Source: Piedraia hortae CBS 480.64
Taxonomy: Eukaryota
DNA length: 64,000 nt
Direction: 5' to 3'
Assembly: GCA_010093745.1 (NCBI GenBank)
Contig: MU005971.1
Coordinates: 186,001 to 250,000, forward strand
The notes under the pieces are model-generated. The model made no database searches. It was not told the DNA's origin and saw only the letters and a list, made by a program, of their open reading frames with translations. Positions 44,450 to 56,855 of this stretch are shown here, piece by piece (within the stretch, counting starts at the first letter, position 1; each line of letters begins with the position of its first letter). The position numbers were made by a program, and so were the translations under genes.

Positions 44450-45605
44450 CTACATCTGCAGTGAATGGTGAGCTGCCCGCTGAAAGCCCACAGTCTGAAA
44501 CAGCGGTTGGAAGGATAGCCGGATGTCTGTTAGCAAACGAACAAGGCCACCTGGTTGGAGCGGACCAGGATGGTAACTGCGAGTGGGTTACTGTCATGGC
44601 CACCATATGCAGAGACGGCAGCACGCTGCCGCCAGCTGTTATCTTTGCTTCGGCCTCGGGCATGGTGCAGGACAGTTGGTTGGAAGAGGTTGACGCCGAC
44701 CAACATCAAGCCTACTTTGCAACAACCAAAAGTGGCTGGACGAACGACGAGCTGGGCTACCACTGGTTCGTCCATGTTTTCGACAAGGCGACGAGTGCCC
44801 GAGTAAGGCGTAGGTGGTGGCTTCTGTTCGTGGACAGCCACAGATCGCACCTTAATTTCAAGTTTCTCCAGTATTGCATCGCCCACAGGATTCTGGCGGC
44901 TTTTCATCCCCCCCCACGCAACCCACCACCTTCAACCCCTGAATTTTGGTTTGTTCTCCCCTCTGGGGAACTACTACAGCCAGGGGTTGAATAGCTTCAC
45001 AAATATGTCGCTGAGGCAAACAACGATGACGAAGAGTTTCTTTGGTATCTCTTGGCCTGCTTTTGAGAAGGCCCTCACCAAGGAGAATGTCCTGTCGGCA
45101 TGGAGGAAAACGTGGATCTTCCCCTTCGATCCAGAAGTGGTCCTTAGCAAGCTGCCTGCTGCCCGACCTGTGGCGGCCCAGAGCAGCGCAGAGCTAGGCA
45201 CATTCACACAACTACGCTTAATAGTGGGAATGGTCTCCCGACGGGTAGAAGGTGCTACAGGGATTGAGCCAAAGTGCTCTGAACACAGTCGCAAAATTGA
45301 CGCTGGCGGATCATAGATGCTCTAATCTTGGGAAATCTTTGGCACTGGAGGGGAGGAAAAGGAAGCACAGGTCCAGATTAATGGAGCAGGTTAGAGGTAT
45401 GGAAGGGTATAGAGGGACGCTATCTGTTGACACTGGGGTCCTTCAGAAGGCTCGGGAGTTGGAGCAGCAGCAGGCATATGTGAAGGAGCGGGAGGAACAA
45501 GAGAAAGCGCAGAGGGCGCGTGAATTGGCGGTGGTCCGCCCCGTGCTCCCCCACGCGAAAGTCGGCTCGAAATCTCTAACTCACCGACTTTCGAGCTATG
45601 TATGT
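44450..45605 (+). mobile_element. Degenerate pogo/Fot1-family DDE transposon (5'-truncated)
   Basis: DGNCEWVTVMATICRDGSTLPPAVIF, SGWTNDELGYHWF and LLFVDSHRSH (consensus DGHGSH). Frameshift near 44910, then FSPLGNYY...AFEKALTKENVLSAWRKTWIFPFDPEVVL. A subterminal inverted repeat CGAAAGTCGG/CCGACTTTCG (45556-45593) marks a probable right end. Confidence 0.88.
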
Positions 45606-46955
45606 CAAACACTCTATGATTGATTTAGGCGAAAGTCCATACCTTGAAATCTACATACCACTGCTTTTTATGTTAGTATTCAAAGGGCTATGGCTCGAAA
45701 TTTTGCAGGTGTCTAGAGCCATTAATGGTCGAAACAAACCCGACTTAATAACAAGCAAAACAGAACATTAACCATGCAAATTGCATACCATTCGAGTCTA
45801 TACAATGCAAGCTATCGTATGAGATTGCTCACCACTGTTTGCGACAATTATACGTTGTGTTAGGCCGATTCAAAGCTGAAAGCGACGTCGCGAATTCGAC
45901 TCGCCAATTTGAACGGACAGAACACAGCGACCCGACCTCGCGCATGCCTGAAAAAGTGCACTAGAAACGCGAGATCTCGAATAGTACGTTCATTGGCGCA
46001 AAGTATGTAAAAGATGTTAGCTGGTGCTGCACTGGCGTCATCTCTGCAATGGTGCCATTTGACATGAATCGCAGTATAGCGATCGCGGAAGGGAACATGA
46101 ACATACGAAACCTGAACCATACGAAACCTTAGAACATGCGCTTTCGAAAAAGCCGACCTATAGCTATTTACCATGGTTGTGCGTGATGTTAATCAAGTCT
46201 GAAGTGGTGATCAAAAGTTTGCATGCAGTGGGGATGTGCACGGGAAGACTTCTACTTGTGAGATTTGTGACAGGTGTGACATATGACTGTCTGGAAGGGC
46301 CGGAACAGGCTGAAGGCAGGAGGATAGGAGGGAGGTTCGAGGGGGAGATTGGGGGGCTAGACGTACGTACGTTATCACATATTGAAGGAATTACTAATTC
46401 ACGGTACATTCATTTTCTGAATCACCACTCGAGTTACATGACCATTTGTACAAAATCACTAGAATGGGTTGGCTGTGTAGTGTCGGTCACGTCTTGGGTG
46501 CAAAACTCAGACGACTTTAGTTGAGGTGTATCACGTGACACATTACCGATGACACCTTGATCACTTCTACAGTATTATTACCACACATATGCATATACAT
46601 ACTCACCCCATTCTATCCTTCTCACCTATTACTCCTTTCAACTACTTTCAAGACCATATATCTCCAGCTCAGGTTTGCGTTCTACATCAAGGTGCTGCGC
46701 TTCATAGACAAATTTTGAATCAGAAAGACGAACTGCCATTCCTGAGAGGAGCAAGTGTTTACAGCCTAGTGCGTAAGATGCCTGCCTGAGCTAGATGAGA
46801 CACCGGAGGTCCCTGTACTTGGATGTGGCTGCTTGCTGATTCAGCAGCAAAACGTATTCGGCTCGGCGCGACATGTTCTGAATCATGCGAATCGAATCAG
46901 CACCGGAATTTCGCCCGCTATATCACGTATCCGCTGGACCTAGGTGTTGGAGAGG

Positions 46956-48890
46956 GCATGGTGGTGGTGTTGGATTGGAAGAGAATTAGGTGGGGTCGGA
47001 ATTGGTGTTTATGCGTCCACATGAGCCACGTGTTGTTGTGATCTGTGCGTTGAGAAATTTGACGCGACTGTGTTGTTGTAGCGAGCTTGTGATGTAGGGT
47101 GTGACTTCTCACGGAGGCATCAAGGCTATGCTTCCGAAACTGCCATGCTAAGGGACTGCACTCACGAGAGTGGTACATCTCTTTGATTGATCACATCCAG
47201 ATACCTTATTGCTTTGGGCTTGGCAGAGAGCATGAGTCCTGGTTGGGGGGAAGACAGTTAAAGGGGACGAACTGATAGTGTGAGTACACTAAGACATCAA
47301 TAATGGTATTGTTGTTTATGCTGCATACATGAAAGGACGTTGTTCATGGTCATCACGTGACACATCCTTCAACTATTTATATACACCGCGAACGAACAAC
47401 ACGCTGAACACCCATCTACCCGGCCTGCCTTCCATGTGCTATACTCCGACAATCTGATCGACGCATTTCATGTCAGCTGCATCAGCAGCCATGGCAAACT
47501 CATCGTTCTAAGTGGTGTTCCATGTGGAAGCACAATACAAGGTTTTGTCGAGCAACGGTATTGTCGGGGAATGGTGCACAGACTAAATACGACACGTGGT
47601 CCGTGCGGCACGAGCTCGCATATATACCAGTGCCTTCTCAACTTATTCTCAAACCACCAACACTGCATCCTTCCGACAACCTTATATATACGGGTTCGTT
47701 CCTGCTACCATGTCAGGCACAAGATAATCGCGACCTTCAACCTGCACAAGTTATCCATGCTTAAGCGCATAGGTCGCTCGCAATATATAATCCGATACCC
47801 CTGACGCTGTGATAGGGTACGGCTTGCGAGTACTGACAGTATGATGTACTTGACTTCCTCACGCTGTAGTATGTACGTTCACGCCAGAGGACAAGAAACT
47901 GTGCGAGAATCTCTTGGAGGTCGCCGACTGGCATACCATGACTATGGTCCCGTGTTGGTCAAGACCGCGAATTGGATTATGCGAAAGCGTTCGAACGGCA
48001 ACAGATCCGAGGCTATACCGTTCCACCTGCAGGACATCCGGTTTCCATTTTCTACCGTTGCATTCCCGTCCACACAGTGGTCATGGCTGCAAACGCTACC
48101 ATAAATATGCATCAGACAGTCTACTACAATGGACTCAGTGTCGGCATCCCGGACCAAATCGCGTCAGTTGTCACACACCACGTCCATATCTATTCCACGT
48201 TCTTCCACATCAGACCTTCCTTCACTATCATGTCCGAAGAGGCATGGGGAAAGTATGTTCAACATAATGGGCCAAATCGGCGGGGATGCAGGCCATCTTC
48301 CCGCCCCGACACGCAACCGCTCACGCCAAAGTCGACGAATGCGGTTGTTGGGGGGAAGAGACGCAAGCAGGATGATGATGAAGACGAGTGATCATCAGCA
48401 CGTCCGAACAGGTATGCAGAAACCATGTTTAATATCACGGGCCAAATCGGCAGCGATGCTGACCTCTCTCCGCGCAACCAAATTCTCTTTTCCAGAGATG
48501 CAGTCCAGGCTGGTCAAGGAATCCGCCGGGGACTTGCCGCTGATGGTAAACCACCTCATGCAACATACATCCAGGTCGCCTCTGTGCACAGCTCATGTTG
48601 GAGGACCTCTGCTAGAGGCAGATGCTTCTCGGGGTTTTTACCTCCGTAGGGGAAGTTTTCCCTGGGACGGGTCATTTTCTTGTTCACGCTGAGTGCATGT
48701 TTCGCTGAGCAGCCAGCGGAGACTCAACTTCGATGCCCTGCTCGCAATGCCGCGAACTCTGCCCCGGATGGACTTGAACAGGTCCAGCACTGCTCCTAGA
48801 AAGCTGCTTCCAAAGACGGAGTGGATGAGAATAAGTGGGACCATCTTGGCAATCTAATGGATGAACCACGCAAAGTTCCCTCGCTCAGTC
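46956..48890 (+). repeat. Copy 2 of the ~2-kb dispersed direct repeat
   Basis: Same colinear blocks as 14876-16970; the central part is more diverged. Confidence 0.85.
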
Positions 48891-49099
48891 TGGACCATGA
48901 ACTTCTTTTGAATCCACAGCTTCTGAACGATGGTCGAACCAGATGACGTGGTATCGGTGAACTCGACTAATAGACATAGACATATACATACTTTTGCTCA
49001 GAATCGAGGAACCTACTCTAAACATTTGGCATTTCCGCGGGATCTGTCCACGCAGCACAGCTTCTAGAGGTAGGGGAGGCCTATAAACCAACACTGTCT

Positions 49100-52030
49100 A
49101 CATTCCCTGGTTATAGCTGAGACTTTATGGTCCGAACAACTATATTTGGGTGCCGAAAGTCGTCCTCACGGTATATGTCTTCGAGGAAGAAACAGAACAA
49201 TTGCTGCGAACACTTAGGATAATAGTAGAAGAATCCACACCACTACGAAAGGCCAATAGAGGCCCGGCACAGCCATGGTGGACTCTTGCAGTCGACCAGA
49301 AGGTAAAGAAAGCTCGAGCTTGTGAACGACGTTGGAGATGCCTATGCACTCCGAGTAGCAAGGAGGAACTACAAGATGCAGTCAAACACATGAATCGGGC
49401 AAGCGATCGAGAAAAGACAAAGGCATGGCGCCAAACAGTGGCTGAGGCAGCACAGGATGAGAGAAGACTTTGAACTTCGAGAGGTGGGCACGATTGCGGA
49501 GCTTCGCTAAGCCGGAGCCTCCAGCTTTGCCAGCCCTGAATATAAGTGCCACCGATTCACCGACCGCGTCCTCCCACGACGAAAAGGCGGAATTACTGGC
49601 AGAGCGGTTCTTCCCACAGTCCACAGCTGACACCAGCGTTATACCCAAACCAGGATTTTCACCAGAGTCCTTTAGTGGGACAGTGCCGTTAGCCGACGTA
49701 GTGACCTAGCCAGATGTACACAGAGCTATACGCAGGACGGGAAACAATCAGGCTCCAGGCCTCGACTATCTCACAAGTGGCTTTCTCAAGGCTTGTCGCG
49801 ACCCATTCACAGAGACGGTGGCTGCGTTGGCTACAGCGAGCTTCCACCTCAGACATTTTACGCAAAAACTCCGGAAGGCAAAGGCAGTGGTCCTGAAGAA
49901 GCCTGAAAAGACGTCCGAAGAGCAGCTCATGGTGGGCGCCTACCGTCCCATAGCTCTCCACTCTGCCGTTGGAAAGATCACAGAAGCCGTCATCACCGAG
50001 CGATTGTCATGCGCAGCAGAAAGTCACGGCCTACTCCCCCCAATGCAAATGGGGAGCTGCAAAATTCGCAATACCGAACTCGCCATTAGCATGGTCACAG
50101 AGGGCGTTTACACGTGCTGGCAGAACAGAGCCTGCGCGTCCCTGATGATGTTAGAGTTAAAGGGGACTTTCAACAACGTCAACCATCTATGGCTGTTGCA
50201 CACGTTGTGCGCCAAGGGCCTCCCGTACTGGTTCTTACGGTGGTTAAAAAGCTATCTGCTTGGCCGGGCGGCCCAGCTACATTTCGATGGACAGCTGACA
50301 CCGGAGATCTCCCTTCCTGTTGGCGTCCCCCAGGGCTCGCCCTTTCTCCCGTCCTTTTTCTCCTGTCCATCGCCACCCTGCCCTGTATGAAGACCTGAGA
50401 CCAGTGCAAGGGGTGGTCGTAGTCTGGTTTGCCGAGGACACTAACCTGCTCAGCTGCGGCAAGGACACACTGTCGAACTGCCGGCGACTCGAAGCAGAAC
50501 TCGAGATATGCACAAGATGGGCACACGTGAGAGGGATACATTTTGCTCCAGCGAAGGGTGAACCTCTTCACTCAACACGAACCCGACGACCGTGCACAGA
50601 GACCGTCTGCTCCGACGGGAACATGATACGACCGGTAGAGGAAGCAATATTCGGCGTCTGGTTGGACCGCAAGCTGTACTTCCGGGCGCATCTGGATGCT
50701 ACGAAAAAGAAGCTTGCAAGACAGACCATTGCGCTAGCCCGTCTAGCGGCGAAGACGGGGGGTGACGCTTGCCAGAGCCAGACAGATTTACACGGTGGTT
50801 ATCAGACCCGCAATAGCGTATGGTGCCTCCGCATGGCATTTGCGGACCAAGTCCGGCGGCGCACCGAGGGCGCATGCAAGGGCCTTGGCCAATGAGCAGG
50901 TGCCTACGAGTGGTGACTGGTGCGTACAAACACACTCCCGTCCGCCACTTAAGAGACCGACTCAGGTTGTCCACCGATAAATATCTACCTCAAAGCCAGA
51001 GTTATCACCTTCAATGAGAAGCACACCGACAGTGAGCCAGGGTGGCTCATCCAACGCACTTGCGCCGGCATAGCAACTCAGTTGAAGAGACGGCGAGGTC
51101 ACACAGGGAGGGAACGACCGCTCAAAGAGAGATCAGCAAAAGAGCAGGACAAAGTACTGTGCCACTTTGGTAATGAGGACAAGGACCTGTGGAGAAGGAT
51201 GCCTACATTGAATGGAGCGAACGGCATGAGTGCCAGCAGGCGGCGGCCTTGAATCGGGACAGGTACCGCACTCGCGAAGCGGCAGACGACGTGCAAATCA
51301 ACGTAGATGGTAGAAACGATGGCTGGAGGGCGCGAGATCTACACAAGTCCCTCCGCAAACCGCAAAGCCCGCTGCTTGTTCAGGCGAGGACTGGCGCTAT
51401 TGGCCTGGGGAAATTCCTGCACAGTCAACGAGTACCCGAATTCGACAACCCCTTTGTGAGTGCAGAGCATATCCCGAGGCAGTTGCACATCTCTTGCTTG
51501 GATGTTCGACGATAACAGATTCAAGAGCGAGACTGTCGTTGAGTTTGAGGAACATGCGTGATGTGCGTGCCGCACTGGCGAACCGGCGCAAGGTAGAAGC
51601 GATCGTCCGCTGATTGCTCTCTCTAGGCAAACTCAAGGAGTACCGGCTGGCGGTGAACATCATGGATGAAATGCCGACAGAGGCGGAGCGGCTAGCGGAG
51701 CGAATGACAAGCCGGAGCCCCACGGAGGCGAACGACCACGGTGGAACCAACAGGCGCCTGCGGCTGAGACTACCAAGGCGGTGGGAACTATAGAAGTCCT
51801 AGCCCGGCCGTTTCCTAGCTCATCTCCTCCCCCCAACCCTTTCTTCCATATCCGTCACCAAACTGGGTGAAGAGAGACCCAGGTTATGTATAGCGTCGAT
51901 GGTACCCGCGCTGTGCGGATGAAGTCTGATTGTTGGTTAAACACTTGTATATGGACCGCATGCCCTTCGGAGCGAAAACTATGATACATTCTAGCTCCTT
52001 CGGCATAAGAGAAATAATAATGATAAAAAC
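49100..52030 (+). mobile_element. Degenerate LINE (Tad-like non-LTR retrotransposon), 5'-truncated, with reverse transcriptase, C-terminal Cys/His region and 3' UTR
   Basis: QPWWT; KAKAVVLKKP...YRPIALHSAVGKITEAV; GVPQGSP; FAEDT (YADD-like); FGVWLDRKLYF; LLVQARTGAIGLGKFLH. Many stops and frameshifts. An A/AAT-rich tail lies near 52010-52030. Confidence 0.9.
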
Positions 52031-52339
52031 AGTATATCATACTCATGCTACATATCCCACCCCTCTCAAGTAAACCTAAATCCTCACCCACCCAACGCTC
52101 CAAAGCTCGTCTTTACACGCTCCGACGCGGACCATCCTCTCTCGCACCCGAAATCAATACCTTCCTAACTATAAATCCCAAACTAACTGGGTATCAAAAC
52201 ATTAAAACATCAAAAAAACATCACCCTCCCAAAAGATCAATTTTAACCCCTTCAACCTCTCCCTCTACTTCACCGTCCGCCAATGTTCATTCCCCAAATG
52301 ACTCTCAACCCCCCCCCCCCCCCCGGGCAATCTCCTCAC

Positions 52340-54900
52340 CAACCCCACAACCCTAATCCCACGGCGATCAATCCTGCCCATAACCCGCGCGAGCCTCGAA
52401 ATCGTATCAATTATCAAAAGATGCTAAGTCCCGAAGCTCTCCTCTTTACCCCGTTGAGCACGAGAATGGTATCGCTCGGCATCAGCCCACCTCTTCCGCA
52501 TCGCGTAGACGTCTCCTAAATCCGACTGCGCGTTGATAACCGGCAGAGACAGCGCTTCGGAGGCTTTCAGATACCCGTTGATCACACGGAGGTACATTTT
52601 CTCCGCCGTGGGGAAGTCTTTTGCTTGTGGTAGAGGAGGCCGAGGTCGAAGATTATGGAGAGGGAGGTCCGACTGTTGGGGCCTTGGTGCGTTATATGGT
52701 ATTCTAAGGCGCGGGTATAAAGTGATTCGGCTGAAGAAATTCTTGTTGAAGGAGGTGGATGCTAGCTAGGAGGATGGTCTGGATTGTGATTTGGTCATGG
52801 AGGGCGAGTTGGAAGTTGGATTCGGCGGCGATGAGATTGCCGCAGAGTTTCTGGACCGTGGCGAGATTGTAGATTGTTGTGGGGCGTTTGAGGGGGTTTT
52901 GGGCCGTGGCTGGGGAGGTGTCGAAAAGAAATTAGAGGAGAGGTTTGGCAAAAGGGAATTTGTTGGTGCGGAAGCAGAGACGGCTGAGTTCGTCCATGGC
53001 GTGGGTGGTCATGTTGTTGGTTGGGCCAAGCGAGGTTTAGAGTATGGTGAGGGCGCGCTGTTAAATGCCTTTGGCTTCGAGGAGATTGTCTTGTTGTTCG
53101 AGGACGTCGCAGAGGCCAAAGATGGCGTGCCATTTGTTCACGTAGTCGGGTCCGTGGGTTTTGGAATAGATGTCGATGAAGCTCTCGAAGGCTTCGACGT
53201 TGTCGTCGAATATGGCCTCCGCCTCGGCAAGCCTGCCCTTTCTTTGCAGGGCGCAGCCAAGCCTGCAGCCTAGCTGCACTACCAATGTGTATATGGGCCC
53301 CATGGCGTCGCCGTAAGTTTACAAGGCGTTGCTGAAGGGTTCGATAGCAGCCTCGTAATCGTGCTGGTGAATGAAGTAGTTGCCCAGTTTCAGAATGCTC
53401 TGCATGTCAGATTGTGCTTGATGCCGTAAAGGCGCTGAGAATCATGGGCCAACCTATTGAAGCAGTCGATTACCTCCCTTGGAAGGTTCAAAGCCACGTA
53501 GACATCTTCCAGTTTCAAGGCAGATCCAGTCTTCTAGGATGATTCGAACCCGGAGTGTGAGACAGCGTGTGCACCAACATCTTACTAGCGTCATCCCAGT
53601 CATCCCAGTCTTTTTTCAAGGCATCCGAGTCAGTGTCTTAGATCTAAAAACCTGTCATCACCTAGCTTTAGCGTTTTGGCATGGTGCTGGTATAATGGGT
53701 CATAGCATAATGCTGCATCATTGAGCTTATCTTGGTCATTGCAGACCTCTGCCAGGCTCCTAAGGACATCTAGGAGCCGAACGCTCGTTTTCCGGAAGGG
53801 TTCGGTAGCTCCGTAACACTCTTCCGTAGAGGTTTTCGGCCTCTGGCAGCTTTTCCAGGTTCACGCAGATGGATGCCAACTTTGTAGCCGCTTCCATAGT
53901 TTTGTGGGATGTGGCCTGGCTAACGGGACCTTGGCAGAAACCACTGAGCGCTTTTTATAGGCTGATTTGGCCTCTGGCAAGCGACCTTGGCAGTCATACA
54001 GAGCGACTAGATCAAGCAGCTTGTTTTTTTGTGACAACATGAGCGGCTCCCAACTGAGTCTGGCTAATTTAGACCATCTATTCACGCAAAAGCCCCGTTT
54101 GCTCTGCTTATTCCACGGGGTAGCCAGTCTGCCCACGACGTCGCCTGTATTTGGATCAGCTATCTCAAGGCTATCTAAACAGCCTCTCAGCATCTGCCGG
54201 TACATGGCCCCAGCTCGTTCAAAGTTCCCCGTCGTCTCCTAGAACCACACCAACTTCCGCACACTGGTCAATGCGCTGACATGTCCAAAACTTAGCGTTC
54301 TTACATAGCCAAGGTACGCATCATGAAGCATGTTCTCTGCTGAAGGTAGCATTTCCCGAGACGTGTACAGATTTCAAAGTTTACATATGACGCGAGACGT
54401 TACGGGATCACTGGGACCATTTACGCTGCAAGAAGTCCACATGAGTTGTTCCAACCAACGCTGTGCAAGATCCCATTTTGATTTCACGGCGTAAATGTCG
54501 CAGAGGTCTTCTTAGGCGTACAACGTCAATCAATGTCGGTCGCCCATGGTTGTTTGATGCTTCAGGAGCACTTGGAACTTGATGGACCCGGCCTCTGCAC
54601 ACTTGCCATTTTGAGCAAGGACGCGGCTTAGTTCCTGGCTGCAGTGGATCGTCGTAGAATTGAGGAGGCCAAGATGCCTGGCATAACTGTCCACGACACG
54701 CTTGTACAGCGCCGCCGTCTCATCAAATCGACGATGTCGTCGAAGAACGCTGGAATCGTGCTGTATCGCATCCAGCTGCAACTTCTGATTCGAGCTTATA
54801 TCATTATTATCGAAGACGGCGCAGTTTTTCACAACATTGACGTTCGCGACCGCAATGAGATGCAGGATAAAAAACGGGCCGTGCCGACATTGCGGGCCGG
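52340..54900 (-). pseudogene. Decayed TPR-repeat gene (kinesin-light-chain-like repeats typical of fungal NLR C-termini)
   Basis: Repeated units in shifting frames: AALYKRVVDSYARHLGLLNSTTI, LVALYDCQGRLPEAKSAY, LGCALQRKGRLAEAEAIF, AEKMYLRVINGY and LGDVYAMRKRWADAE. Multiple stops and frameshifts. Confidence 0.75.
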
Positions 54901-54979
54901 ACCCTGATTATTGCCGATATAAACTTCGGTTACCCGATCCCAGCCCACAACCTGAGTCAAGCACATGGTAGTCTTCAAA

Positions 54980-55164
54980 ATGCATTCAACGTATGCTGCT
55001 CCTCATTACACCTAGTAAAACAGCTAAGCAGGGTGGCAGTTGTCCTAAATGCGGCTCTAAAATCACTTCTGATGAGAAAAAGTGCAATGCCTGCGGGGCT
55101 GTAAGTGCTTTCAGCCAGAAGATATCAAGTGCTAATCGCTTTGGCAAAGGTGTGTCCTGCCTGA
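54980..55164 (+). CDS. Predicted 28-aa Cys-rich zinc-ribbon-like microprotein; exons 54980-54990, 55040-55100, 55150-55164
   Basis: CAAAATG start context. Introns 54991-55039 (GTATGC...GCTAAG...CAG) and 55101-55149 (GTAAGT...GCTAAT...AAG), both 49 nt, give MHSTCPKCGSKITSDEKKCNACGAVCPA*. Exon 1 is the least certain part. Confidence 0.65.
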
Positions 55165-56855
55165 TGAGATCGTCGGGATGAGTCTCCTGTAGACACAGTT
55201 GTTGATATGTTGAAATGACAAACACGATACTTCCTCACTACTGACTTAAGAGATAATTCCTTGCGGACATAACCATTCTCAAGATATGAAAAGAAGCTGA
55301 ACCAACTTTGAACAGAAATGTCTCTCTTCTCCTAGCCCCGTCTGAAGATTGTCTGAAGGTTACTAAGAGGGATCAGCGATTGTTGTGCAAGAGTGAGGAT
55401 CAGACTTACCCTAGGCACGCATAACCTTCCTTTTGCACGTCCCGCAGACGTGGTACTTGCAGTAGATGCATTCATAGATGGACCAGTACGGTCCAGCGTG
55501 GCATTGGTCACAGCTCCAGAGCACCAGGGTAGTTGTAGATTCCATCACTTTCCAGTCATGCTGACACTTTCCTGGACGGGCCATTCTGGACAGTTAGATG
55601 TGCTATTCAAAAGCTGGGAGGCCGCTTACATGTTAAGAGATTTTTGTATGTTGCGGTGGTGAAAGGCTTGCGGTAGAATGCTCGGTTGCGTAGAGAGCTG
55701 GTGGAGCAGAGTGTCGGTTGGGGAGCGCGAGAGGATGTTATATACCAAGTCTGCTCAATCGAAACGCATCCGGAAAGGTACACAGCATTCTGCCATCGAG
55801 GGACGCAGCAACACACAGGACATGAAGCCACAACGGACCGACGCAGGTCAGTTTTTTTCCGGTGCAACAAGGGTTTCTCCAGTCAAGTTGGCTGCGAGTT
55901 GCCCAAAAGCGGTTTGCGTTCCCACCCAAGGGCAGCATACATGGTGAACTGGGTGGGAAAGGCATTCCGGGCTTTTGGCTGCCGCAGGGAAATGAACCAG
56001 CCAGGAACAAGCGAATCGGCAGCTGATGCCTGCCACCGGGTACCACCGAGGTGGTACAGCGTCATGGACGGTCAAAAGCCACGGGTGCAGACGCCGCTGG
56101 CCTGTAGACGTAGGCAAACGGTATCGAAGAGAAAATAAAAACCCGCTTTTTCAAGCTGCAGAGTGGCGGCTACAGAGTTTTGGTTGGTTTGCCCGTCTCA
56201 AAATGGATTCATGCATGGGAAGTGCAGACGCCACAGCAGCAGAAAGCCGTCTGGAATGGGAGCTGTCAGTAAAGAGCGCAGCCATGTAGCAAGAAAGCAA
56301 CGACTATGATCCAGGAGCCGACGGCAGAAACGGAGGCGGCAGCCCGGACGCCTGGGGCCGGGCAGTGGCTGCTAACCAAAGACCGAAAAGATGTGCGCAC
56401 CAAGTATGCACGCCCGTTAAAACCCTACGGTCCCAAGTACCTGGACACCAATCCGTCTGCTGCTGCAGCCACCAATTTTGACACGACTCGATCAGGAAGA
56501 CGCCCACGCCGTTTGGGCCCTGTGCCGAGGAACGATGCCGCCAAGGGGTGTGCGACCATCCCATCATTCCCTGCCCCTCGGTGCCCGCGTCTTTGTCCGG
56601 AGCAGAACGAGGCGCAAGATCTGATTTCTAAAAGACTTGTGCCACCCATCCACCGCTTTGAACACGGTAAACACATTTTTGGTCAGGTACGGTGCGCCAG
56701 ATTTGAGCGGCACGGCACTTGCATGAAATGAGCAATGCAGCCGCTGCTGCGCCATTCCAGCATTATCCCATGGGTCCTATGCTTGAGTCGCACAACAAAG
56801 GACGGTCAGGCGGGCAACTGCAGGCCATTCCTGAGCCGAAGACAGCCTACGACTG

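Noticed and set aside
55600..56300. Possible structured ncRNA (RNase P/MRP or telomerase RNA) in a long intergenic stretch
   Set aside because: No intact RNase P conserved region and no CTAACCCTAA-type template seen. An Rfam scan would settle it.
56306..56731. 141-aa ATG ORF between the microprotein and the PPR gene
   Set aside because: No recognisable domain or convincing splice model; it cannot be supported without expression data.
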